A DNA stretch of 62,383 nt, counting the filler, from Diploschistes diacapsis (Eukaryota), in assembly GCA_023645945.1 (NCBI GenBank). It is 6 parts of 6 records of this genome, joined end to end, with 100 filler letters (N's around TTAATTAATTAA, not from the genome) between each part and the next. Parts side by side here need not be neighbours in the genome. Positions count along the whole stretch, not along the records: positions 20,882 to 31,215 come from JALAIB010000938.1; positions 31,316 to 41,613 come from JALAIB010000939.1; 4 more parts are not named here. One strand, given 5' to 3'. The translations under genes and the position numbers were made by a program. The notes below the pieces were generated by a model. It was not told where the DNA came from and made no database searches. It saw nothing but the letters and a program-made list of their open reading frames with translations. Shown piece by piece: positions 26,445-37,918 of the stretch. Every line of letters begins with the position of its first letter. Position 1 is the stretch's first letter.

Positions 26445-27319
26445 ATGGTATGTATCGACTGTTTCCTGCTAACCTTGATCATTCAGAACTCTGGTAATAT
26501 GATACTCTCGAGACTGATTGCAATGCACCCAGGTCCGCTACGCAGCGCATACCATCGACCAAGGGAAAAGCGCTAGGTCGCGAGGACAGTATTTGCGGGT
26601 TTCTTTCAAGAACACTCGAGAGACGGCCCAGGCAATCAACGGGTGGAAGCTACAGCGAGCGCTCACATACCTCAACAATGTCATTGACCACAAGGAGGCG
26701 GTGCCAATGAGGAGATATGCCGGAGGAACGGGGCGTGCGGCTCAGGGTATGTCGAAGTCATCGCAGCGATTAGAGAAATAAGAGTAGGAAATAGTACAAC
26801 ATTATGTGGAATATGCGAACTGAAACTCGGGAAAACTAAGGGATGTCGAGACTAATGTTCCAATCTCACTAGGCAAGCAATTCGGCGTCTCCCGCGCCCG
26901 GTGGCCCGTCAAGTCCGCTGAGCACCTCCTCACCCTCCTCAAGAACGCCGAGGCCAACGCCGATACCAAAGGACTCGACACCAGCAACCTCATCATCAAG
27001 CACATCCAGGTCAACCAGGCGCCAAAGCAGCGTCGCCGCACTTACCGTGCGCACGGTCGCGTGAGTACCCCTCTAAACGGCGTCGACCAAGACGGGATAG
27101 CGACACTGGCGGTTACGAGTCTCGTAGTCCAGAGAACTTGGCTGATTTGGGATGTTCTAGATCAACCCTTACATGTCGAACCCGTGTCACATCGAGATGA
27201 TCCTCACCGAGGGTGAGGAGGTGGTGCAGAAGGCGCCGGCCGTCGTGCGACGTGAAGAGGCGAGGCTGTCGTCGAGACAACGTGGAGTGCGCGTGAGGCG
27301 GGCGATCACTGCTGGTTGA
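26445..27319 (+). CDS. RPL17: 60S ribosomal protein L17 (uL22), 4 exons; exon 1 is the ATG alone
   Basis: [59 protein letters not shown]. Confidence 0.98.
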
Positions 27320-28084
27320 GGGGGAAGGAAGGAGCTTGGGGCACTAAGAGTGAAAGAGAAAGCGGAGGCATATGCTGTATTAAGGATCAATTTTTGACCA
27401 TGAACGAAGGCTATGCTTGTTGCATGGTTCGGTCACATTGAGACTATCATAGCAATGTGAGTGCAAGCAGAGTTTAATAATGGCCCGAGTCCGACTTTGC
27501 ATTTCAACTTCATCCAACCTTGGCTTGTCAACGTCCCCGAAGTGATAAGCTATGCAAGAGATAAGCTATGCAAGAGGCTGCGCAATAATGACTTGCAAGA
27601 CCACTCTCGAATGGTGAAGGTGGCCACTACTTTGAAAGGATGCATCATGTTTTTTGGCTACCTATCAAATCCATACCCCGCAGTCCTCAAGTCCGGCCGT
27701 CACGAACCAACGCCCTGCTGTTATCCGATATATACTATACAGCCAAACGCAGCAGTATAGCATACAAGCCTCGAACCCGTCCATAGCGCTACCAGCGTTT
27801 CTCTTCCAGGTAACGCCGTGCAAGTGAAAGCACGCATGTGGTGGTAAAGCAAGCATAAAGACCCCTCATCCAACATCAAAGCCATGCAAAGTCGTAGTCT
27901 ATCACCATCGCCCCTCAGCCTCAGCCTGGGCCTGCTTATGCGCCATCAGGGATATCGAGCTCTCCTGTTCATCGTTGGCGACCGAGTCCTCTCTATTTTT
28001 CATCGATTCAGCCCATCCCGCCAATGATCAGGTTCCCGCCGACCAATGTCTGGATCGTATGGGTACGGAGCGTTGGGCGTAGAC

Positions 28085-29601
28085 CTACCGAAACCAGTTG
28101 TCGGGCGTCGTCCACTTCCACTCCGGCCCGCCCGTGCAGTTGCCCATCTTCGCCCGGAACTCGCCGATCTTGTCGAAGCGCCACCCGGATACCCACCTGG
28201 AATTGTCCACGGCCTTCTTGGTCCCGCCCAGTTTAATGCTGCGGCCCGTCTTGCACTCCTTGTCGTGGTGCTCCCACTGTATGCATTCGGCGTCGGACTC
28301 GCAGAGTTTCTTGCAGTTTTCGGGGGATTCGGCGGAGGCGCGCTCCATATCCGTCAACTCGTTCCATTTCTTGCCGTGAAAGTCTCGTTCTGGGTCGGGC
28401 GTGTAGGTCATATCGTTGCTTAGGTTTGACCAGTCTTCGCGAGTGGGCTGGAGGGCGTTGTGGACGAAGTGGTTGTAGATGTCCATCCAGAGAAGAGGAT
28501 CCTGGTGGTGGTTAGTTGCACTTCAGTAGCGGATGCATAGAAGGAGCCCACATAATTGCCCTGAGCTTTGCGCTCTTGCTGAAAGTTCCATACCTGAGAG
28601 ACTTCCTGGGCGGTCATGTGGTGCATTGTGAGGATGGGAGCGCACCAATTCTTGTCGTTGAACGGAACCGTGAAAGGCTTCTCGCCATTGAGCATCGGCC
28701 AGGCCTTTGTAAGCTTGATTTGCTCGTCTAAGAGAACTTTGGCAATCATACGATCTCCGCAGCAAAAGCCATGGACCGTCTCGTCATATTTTTCTTGAAT
28801 ATCCGGGTGATCCCCAACGGCTTTCTTCATCGCGGCGCCTGAAATAATGTAACCAGTGCCACCGTGAGCGAACTCAATGTCGAGATATGTTGGGGATCCA
28901 ATATACATCGACTTGGAAGAATCCAGTTTTTTCAGAAAGGTCATTATGTTGTCCCAGTTCATACCCGTATCGGCCTCGACAAAGAAGTACCATTTCGCAT
29001 CCTGCCGATATTCCCATGTCTTCTTCATCATAGGCAAGAACTTGTATTTATCCAGATTCCATCCGCTGTACCCTTCTTTCAATGGCCGCGGATCTTCGCC
29101 CAGTCGCTCAACTTCCTTCAGCTTATCGTAGAGCAGAAAAGCCTCGTCGTCGTGCTTCACCGAGTCTGCTATACCGTCTAGAGAGTCGATCAGGTGGTAT
29201 TTGCCCATTTGCATCTCCATATCCGAAAACAGAATAACGTCCTTGACACATTGCACAGTTGTCATGAAGTGTATTGGTAATTTGTCGTAGGCTTCTGTCG
29301 CACCCGTCTTCATGATGAGGAGTATGTCGCTCGTGTCGGGGAAGCCCGCACACGGTTCCTTTGTATTCTGAGCGGGAGCATGGTCGGAAGACTTGTTCTT
29401 GTCACCGGCATTGCTTGATGAAGTCGATATCAGAACTGGGGCGTTCGAGGAGGTAGAGGTGGGCCAAGGTGCAGTTTCGATTACATTAGATCTAAGTATT
29501 AACCAGAGCGTGATAACGAAAGCAGCAGCAGTAAGCAGGGTCGCTCGGCCACGCGACCCTGAAGTAAGGAGCATGCTGTTTCCGGCAAGCTTGAGAGACA
29601 T
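28085..29601 (-). CDS. GT31 (fringe-like) glycosyltransferase with C-terminal Cys-rich PAN/apple-like module
   Basis: TM anchor; MKTGATE, GWNLDKYKFLPM, KWYFFVEADT, FAHGGTGY; intron about 28502-28551; CKKLCESDAECIQW..C. Confidence 0.9.
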
Positions 29602-30237
29602 GGAATGTGTACTAGGCGGGAGCGTCCACTCGGTCGGCGTCGACTCTTGGGGCAGTTATGAAGTTATCTGCATCGTTGATAATGTTGTTTTTGAAGAATC
29701 ATTAAGTGAATGGCTGTAACGAACGACTGAATGTCACGTCACTTCCCCCAGCTCGTTGCTCAGTAGCTGGAGCGACAAACAGGGAAACTGGTGGATCAAC
29801 TTCACCCGCATCTAGTTTTACAGAAGAACTTGGGAGATGTACAGTGTAACGCTCAGCTCAACATTCGGTCAAGCAAGTACGGGAAAGTGAAGAGCTATAA
29901 CCGAGCAATACTTCTTCTTCAAATCACTATTCAATCTTCCCTCACGACTGCATACTTATACAGGACTCCTGCAATGGCGGTAGCCTAAATCGTCCTTTGT
30001 CACGCATGCATCCGGCATGAAATCGACTTGCTATGCTTGTATGTTGCTGATTTTCAATGTACCTAGATAGCAAGCGCATTCTGCCCCTATTCTTTCTCAT
30101 TTTTCGTTGGGCATTCACGTTACCAGAGCTTCAACAGAATGATATTGCAGGCCGAGAGATCCTCCTGAGGCCCCGAGGCAGTCACGTATTTACTATACCT
30201 CGATGCTACGGTCTCCCGACTCATTCTGGTCTTTCGT

Positions 30238-31215
30238 TTAGAGCTTTGAGCGACGCAACACTGTGCTATCCACCCTTGTACCTTCGTCCTCTTGTTCTGC
30301 TACTTCCAGGACCGGAAACTCTTTTGGCATTATCCTGCGTGGTATGGCACGGTCAACGAGAGAGTACTTCGAGAAGTCCGTTACTCCACAGTGTTGCCTC
30401 AAAAAATCTTCATCGAGAAGAAGCTGCCCATTCACGGTCTGTGCTGGAGCTTGCAAAATCTCGAGTATTGCGTCACCAAAAATCGTCTGGGAAGCATAAG
30501 CAGTATTTCATGGTTACCAAAGCAGACACGTACCGCCTTTCTAAGATCCTTCCTTGTCTCGTGGTTCTGAGCAGTACTCTGCTGCGTTGCCGCCGACTCT
30601 ATGGCCTTGTCATGTCATGATCAGTATACCTGTTGCGCCTCGGCCCGAGTCGCATAACTCACGGCAGCGGGCCAGATGCTCGTAATAGCCATATCCTTCT
30701 TCCCTTCCCTCTGCCAATCCATTGCCAGTCCCTTGGTCAATACGCTCATTCCCACTTTCCCTACGCGGCCGTCAGCCCCTAAACATAGAATCTCCTAGGT
30801 CTCCCGCATATCCAGTACCCACCCATCGCATAAGCCGTCTTGCCCCTAAAAAACCTAGAGTAAATCGGCGGCGACACAAGCACCACTCTCCCCTTCCACC
30901 CCCTCTCCCGCCAAACCTCCACCGCCTTCTGCACAACGGCATAGCACCCCTCGACGTTAACCTCCTGCATCAACTTGAAGCGCCCCAGATTCGTCTTCTC
31001 CACGCTAGCCCACCAGATAGCGCCCGCGTTGTAGACCACGGCGTCCAGCCGCCCGAAGATGTCGAGCGTGCGCGAAAAGAGCATGAAGATGCTATCTGGC
31101 AGGCGAACGTCGACAGGATTGGCGACGGCGGTGCCGCCAGCCATTTCGATCTCTCGGGCAACCGTGTCGATGGTGGAGGCCGGGGAGTTTGGGTCCGGGG
31201 GGAAGGGGGCTCGTG
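30238..31215 (-). CDS. HSDL2-like short-chain dehydrogenase, peroxisomal; 5' end lost in gap
   Basis: YNAGAIWW, VSPPIYSRFFRGKTAYAMG|KVGMSVLT (YxxxK), LLLDEDFLR, C-terminal SKL. Confidence 0.9.
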
Positions 31216-31315
31216 NNNNNNNNNNNNNNNNNNNNNNNNNNNNNNNNNNNNNNNNNNNNTTAATTAATTAANNNNNNNNNNNNNNNNNNNNNNNNNNNNN
31301 NNNNNNNNNNNNNNN
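31216..31315. other. Artificial contig linker
   Basis: 100-nt N/TTAATTAATTAA/N. Confidence 0.99.
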
Positions 31316-31881
31316 AATGTTAAAAATGGGGTGGGGTGGGTGGGGTAGGAACTGTAGGACTGACTACAGACCTTCTCTGGTCTCCTCAGAGTCGGGTGAC
31401 TTCAATTCAACAGTATGGAGCAATACTACTAGATACTAGGAGGCAAGGTAGTACTAAGGATGCACCCAAGCGATCTCCGACGCTCTCAACTGGCTTCCTA
31501 CTATCTAGAGAGTAGCCCGCCTATGCCTATGGGAAATCGTGCATTGGAAACCGTTCCCAAGGATACCCATGCACTTTCTGTGCCTGCCCACAAGGGAAAA
31601 AGCCCCCGTATACCACATATAAGCTGTTGCCTTGAGCTTTTTTCTATGGTACTTTGCATCTCATCCGTTGCATCGGGATTGCTTAGTATACAACAAAACT
31701 GCATGTGGCGGACTCATTGCAGGAAGGTGGGTTGCATACAGAGCTACATTGGAGTTCTGACTCATCCCCAGAAAGTCAAGCAGAGCTGCCATTGCCTGAA
31801 ATACCGGGCTTACGATAGCACCTTACCCCAGGTAAACCTGTTTGGTTTTCTCACGGTAGATCTTCAGGCAAGACTTCTATA

Positions 31882-34800
31882 ATGATAGGTTCGACTGATG
31901 CCCATGTCATAGCTGGAGCACTGGTGACGGCCTTTGTTCTTGCTCTCTCGACTCCAACATTTCTAACCATCTTCCGGAGACTGGGACTGGGCAAGAATGC
32001 AGCATACAGGCCCTTAGGTGATCTCTACGAGGACGAAGACGGCAAAGCGAGTGACGAGTCTCAGCGGAAGTTCACTACCTTCCTACCAAGGGCCATAGCT
32101 CTTGTCGCTTCGATACTTGGTAGCTTGACATCCGTCCTTTACGGGGTGCTTGGGACCCTGCAGAACCCTAATGGTGAAATTATAGAGACATGGCTGAGAG
32201 TCGCGTGTTGGGTATGCATAGTGGCTGGGAATTACCGCTAGAACCATGGCTGATCATCGCAGGCTTTGATAGCGCTACAGACGCTGAATCTGTTCCTCGA
32301 ACGGAGGCCCACTGCCAGGCATGAAAGCGGTATTTTGTCTGCCTTTTCCTGTGTTGCTGTGGGCGTAACTCTTGTGTTGGCTGTTGTGAGCATCAGACAA
32401 AGCCATGATGCTGTGGACCCTCAGACTGTGGCTTCCCTCTCTATACAAGGAGGGCTCGTAGCGCTCATTTTCGTGAGCTGTCTCAGTATCGAGCGTCGAC
32501 CGGTGGTCTTCGTAAACGGCAGAGTTGTTGATGAGGAGTACACAGCATCCGTCTGGCGCAAGTTCACCTTTCAGTGGACATGGCCAACTCTCAACTACGC
32601 AAAGAAGAACAAGGGCCTGAAGCTTGAGAACGTGCCCCTCCTCCCTGACCACGTCAGAGCACCTACGCTGCTTCGGGCTTTCCACGAGTCTTACAAGTTC
32701 AAATATCTTTGGATGCGGGTGCTGTGGTACTTCAGAGGCGGCCTTCTTTTAACCACCTTCCTCATTTCGTTCGCTGCTGTTCTCCAGTTTGGGCCACAGC
32801 TCGCTATGCTGAACATCCTGAAACTGTTGGAGCAAAAGGAACCAGGTGATCAGTTGAACATCCAGGCATATTTCTGGGTAATTGGACTTGGTGTTTCCAT
32901 GACAATGTCTACATTTGTCGAAACCTTCATGTTTTGGTCGACGGAGGCACGTTTGGGGGTTCCTTTACGAGGATTGCTTGCGTCTTTGATATTCGAAAAG
33001 GCTACATGCCGCAAGAACGCCCAAGGTGGCCACAAGAAAAAGACTGAACCAGGGGCTACAGAAGGGGGTGAAGGCGAAGACGTTATCGTTAATGAAGGGG
33101 CTGGGCCCGAGGGAAATACCGCGACCCGCAACGAAGCGGCTCCACAGCCAGGCGATACCGTAGTGGCCAAGGGCGACAAAGAAAAAGAGAAGAAGGAGGA
33201 AGAGGATGAAGATACCGAGGCCAAGAAGACCCGCCAGGGCGTTATTAATTTGATTGCGGTCGATACTCAGCGATTCCAGTTCTTCATTACGTACTTTTAC
33301 CTGTACCCGAACGTTGTGGTCAAGCTTGTCATATCCGTTACTTTCCTAGTCAACGTCGTTGGATGGATGCCCCTGCTGGCAGGGTTTGCGGCCTTCCTGT
33401 GTACTGTTCCCTTCAATATCTTTTGGTCAAGAAAGTATGTGGGTGCATCGAATAATCTCATGAAATTTCGAGACCAGAAGCTTGCTTCCGTGACGGAAGC
33501 ACTTCAGGGCATCAAGCAGATCAAGTATTCGGCCATCGAACAGCAGTGGCAGGAAAGAATTGCCGAAAAGCGAGGTCGAGAGTTGAAAACGCAGCGTGCG
33601 GCATTTTTCTACGACATTGGTCTGACCGCTTGCTGGATATCAGGTGAGTAGATGGTTGAAAACGTGAGCAGGAAGCGCGAATTCGCTAATAGTAAAAGGC
33701 CCTGTTCTGTTAAGTGCCGTCTCACTGACTGTCTACACCAAGCTTCGTGGAGGCTTGTCTGCAAGCGTCGCATTCACCACCATTGCGGTGCTCTCCCAGA
33801 TTGAAGTCACCCTAGCCATTCTGCCTGAATTAGTGACTGACACCATCGATGCGTTCGTCTCGTGCGAGCGCATCGAAAAGTTTCTCAACTCTCCCGATCA
33901 AGAAGAATACCGGAAGGAGGGGCCCGAAATCGTGTTCACAGGAGCAGAGATAACGTGGCCTTCCGATAATCCAGAAGAAAGCGCAGAGTCTTTCAGGCTT
34001 AAAGACCTCAACCTGCGATTCCCGAAGCGTGAGCTCAGCGTAATTCACGGGAAGACTGGCTCGGGAAAGACGCTTCTGCTGAATGCTCTCATTGGCGAGG
34101 TTGATTTGATTAAGGGCACTGTCGAGATGCCACGAGCGCCCCCGCTGGAATCACGATTTGACCACCAAGCAAACAAGGGATCTTGGCTAATTGAAGATGC
34201 TGTGTCTTACGTGCCTCAAATCCCATGGATTGAGAATGCGAGCATCAAAGACAATATCTTGTTTGGCCTCCCGTATGACGCTGGCAGATACAACAAGACT
34301 ATGAAAGTGTGCGCCCTGGAGAAGGACCTGGAAATTCTCGATGATGGTGACTTGACGGAAGTCGGTAGCACTGGGATTGGCCTTTCCGGCGGTCAAAGGT
34401 GGAGAGTCAGCTTCGCTCGTGCTCTCTACAGCAGATCCGGGATCCTCATCCTCGACGACATCTTCAGCGCAGTCGATGCCCATGTTGGTCGCCAGCTCTA
34501 CGAAGAGGCTCTTACCGGGGAACTTGGTGCCGGCAGGACTAGAATCTTGGTAACGCACCACATCGGCCTGGTTCTTTCAAGGACCAAGTACATGGTAGTT
34601 CTTGGGGACGGAGTCGCAGCCCACGCCGGAAGTGTCGACGAGTTAAAGGAGGCCGGAAGCCTTGACGATATCTTGACGAATGAGGAGCAGGAGAAGACTG
34701 TGACCGATAAGACACTACACGTGGAAGAAGCCAACGGCAACGGCGCTTTGACCAAGGTCCTGAGCCGATCCAACGAAGCTAAGATCGACGATGGCGAGAT

Positions 34801-37072
34801 TGATACCAAGAACAAAGGTAAACCAAGAAAGCTGGTTGATGACGAAAAGCGTGAGGTGAGTACCCGAGACCATATCCAGCGTTTGTTTGTCTGGGCTAAC
34901 AATGTAAAGATTGGTGCGATCAAAGCTCGTGTTTATGGTGCGTATTTGAAACACTCTGGGGGCTGGCTCTACTGGACCCCGGCCGTGATCACCTATCTGT
35001 TGAACCTCGCGCTATCGCTAGGGAAGGTAAGTAGCGAGTGCGATCTGAAAGCGCTGTTGGCTGCTAACCTTCCGTAGCCATACTGGCTCAGCATTTGGAC
35101 GCGCTCATATGCAACCGAGTCGGTCAACCTAAATAGTGCGATACATGACCAGCATTTTCTGACCTTTCAGAATCCACTGACGCAGAACAACACCTCTAGC
35201 TTCGGTCTTCAGACATTGGGATACAAAGTCCAAGACTCAACTGATGACAAGACAACTTACTTTCTTAGTATCTATCTCGGCCTGAGCTTCGCCAGTATTC
35301 TCATCGGCACTTTCAAGTACCTCTTCACTTACCTGGCCTCTTTGAGAGCAAGTCGGATTCTGTTTGAGAAGTTATCGTACAACGTTCTCCGCGCTCCTCT
35401 ACGCTGGCTGGATACAACACCGACCGGCCGTATCTTGAACAGATTCACCGCAGACTTCAACACCATTGATTCCCAGATTGCTCCGCAGACAAGCTTCTTC
35501 TTCTACCAAGCGCTTGAGCTTCTGGGTATTACCGCAGTTGGTTGTGTATTTGTCTCGGTGTACATCATCCCCCTTGCGATTGCGTTGCTTGGCGTCGTGG
35601 TTTACGTTGCAGTACTCTATCTGGCCGGAGCGAGGGAGATCAAACGGCTGGAGTCGATAGCGAAGAGCCCGGTGTTCGAGCAGTTTGGGTCTTTCCTGCT
35701 TGGTATCACTTCGATCAGAGCGTACGCCAAGGTTCCAGAGTACATGGACAGGTAAATTGAGAGCACGTCGGCGAAGCAGGGGCAGGCTAATGTAAAGTAA
35801 GGATGTTCACCAAGATCAACACTCACCTGGGGGCCTATTACACCTTATGGCTCTTCAACCGATGGATGGGCTTCCGACAGAGCCTTGTCGGCGCCGTGTT
35901 TGCAACAGTCGTCGCGGCCGTTCTTGTCTCGAATATAGAGGTGGATGCGCCTCTGGCAGGCTTCACGCTTTCTTTCACCATACAATACACACGCAGCATT
36001 ATCTGGACAATTAGAATGTACTCGCAACTGGAGATGAACATGAACGCGGTAGAACGAGTAATCGACTACTCAGAGCTGGAGACAGAAGATCAAGGTGGTT
36101 TCGACCCTCCCGCTGCATGGCCCGCAGAGGGCCGCCTCGAGGTTTCAGACCTTGAGGTTCGCTACGCCCCCGACCTACCTTCGGTCCTGAAAGGCCTAAC
36201 TTTTAATGTCGAGAAAGGCCAACGAATAGGTATTGTTGGAAGAACAGGTAAGAACAGGAGGAACACGCTCGTCCCTACTCGTTGTACCATTGGACCACGT
36301 GCTGATTACTTTAGGCTCCGGCAAGTCGACATTTACCTTGGCTCTCTTCCGCTTCCTTCAACCCTTCCGCGCTGGCACGATCTATGTCGACGGCATTGAT
36401 ATATCCAAGATAAAGCTGCATTACTTGCGCTCGCGCCTGGCCATTATTCCGCAGGACCCGGTGCTTTTCTCTGGTACCGTTCGCAGCAACCTCGATGACT
36501 TTGGCGAGTACAGTGATACGGATCTTCGGAATGCTCTGGAGCGCGTGCATCTCACCTCGCAAAAGTCCGTGTCTGGTTCAGGGACACAAACACCGACGGG
36601 AACCGCCGCAGACAGCAAGAGCGGCACTGCGGCGCCGTCTCCACCAACTGATTCGAACGCAAATATTTTTGATTCCTTGTCCTCAAAAATATCAGAGGGC
36701 GGGCTGAACATATCTCAAGGCCAGCGACAGCTCCTCTGCCTCGCACGAGCCATAGCCCGCCGTCCCAAGATCATGGTTCTGGACGAGGCTACTTCGGCCG
36801 TGGACATGGCTACAGACGAGCTTATACAGCAGAGTATAAGGAGTGAGTTTGCGGGCTGCACGCTACTAGTTATTGCGCACCGTTTGAGCACTATCGCGGA
36901 CTTTGATAAGATACTAGTGATGGAAGAGGGTAGGGCCGTAGAGTTTGGTTCGCCGGCCGAGTTGATGGGGCTTGAAGAGAAGGACGGGCCGAAGGGCGTG
37001 TTCAGAGGTATGGTGGAGAGTAGCGGGGAAAGGGAAAGGTTGGAGGGGATCATCAGAGAAGGTGCAAGATGA
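31882..37072 (+). CDS. ABCC/MRP-family ABC transporter (Ybt1/Bpt1-like), about six introns
   Basis: NBD1 [29 protein letters not shown]2 [29 protein letters not shown]; two TM domains ([13 protein letters not shown]). Confidence 0.95.
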
Positions 37073-37918
37073 GAGAAGGGGGCATGAGGTAGTGAGTTTA
37101 TAAAAAGGGGCTCTACAGGATCGGTGTATAGGCGCTTGCAGAGGTACCTCTAGCAGTCTCTCAAGACACTTTTTTCAGAGCACTCTTCCCTATCAACACC
37201 ACACGTAAAATACCTGTGTAATCATTCTTTCAGGTGAGCCAGACAGGCGATTTTTGCAAATAATTCGCATACCAAACAAACACCTCTTCCACCCACTTTA
37301 TGCTTATACAAGAGCTTTAAGAATGCTTCGGAAGCAAGTACAAAAGCGGCCTGGCCTACTTGAAGGTTTCTTGTCAGAGCTTTTATAATTGTTTTATACT
37401 GACCTTGAAGCATTTCTTAAGCTCTTGTGTGTGCCTAATGGCCAGCAGACAGGAATATTGATGCCAAGAAAGCATCATGTCTGGTCAGGATCCATGACGC
37501 AGCGCGGACACGACCTTCAGACCCGAAACCCTTAACGCGCCGTCGCGATGACTCGAAAAAGCTGCAAGCTCAGCTCGTTCTCCGAAGCAACGGAGTCTTT
37601 CCAGTGATGAAGGCTTCTACAAGCTGCTGCGGCAGTCTTGGTCGTAGGTTCCCAAGCCTAACAAGCTCTCACCCAGCTCCTTCCTCTGTCCTTTCTCTAC
37701 GTACATAATAAGCCTACTACCTCCTTGCGCCTTGCCCGTCTTCCGACTCGACCCCGTGCCGCCGCTTTGTAAATTCCACCACGACGGCCCTCCCCCTCAA
37801 CCACCTCTTGCTGAATCTCGACAACCAACGGCCAAGAACTTTCCACCCAGCGCCCGTCCAACTCCACGCCCTCTCCTGGCCGCTCCCTCCGCCCAATCAC
37901 CCTCCTCACTAGCCCACC

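Noticed and set aside
24839..27160. Intronic snoRNAs in NOP1 or RPL17
   Set aside because: No convincing RUGAUGA/CUGA pair with a terminal stem, or H/ACA structure, by eye; an Rfam or snoscan search would be needed
22589..37072. Glycosyltransferases, SDR and ABC transporter as one biosynthetic cluster
   Set aside because: The ABC gene is on a different contig, the glycosyltransferases are secretory-pathway types separated by housekeeping genes, and no backbone enzyme is present
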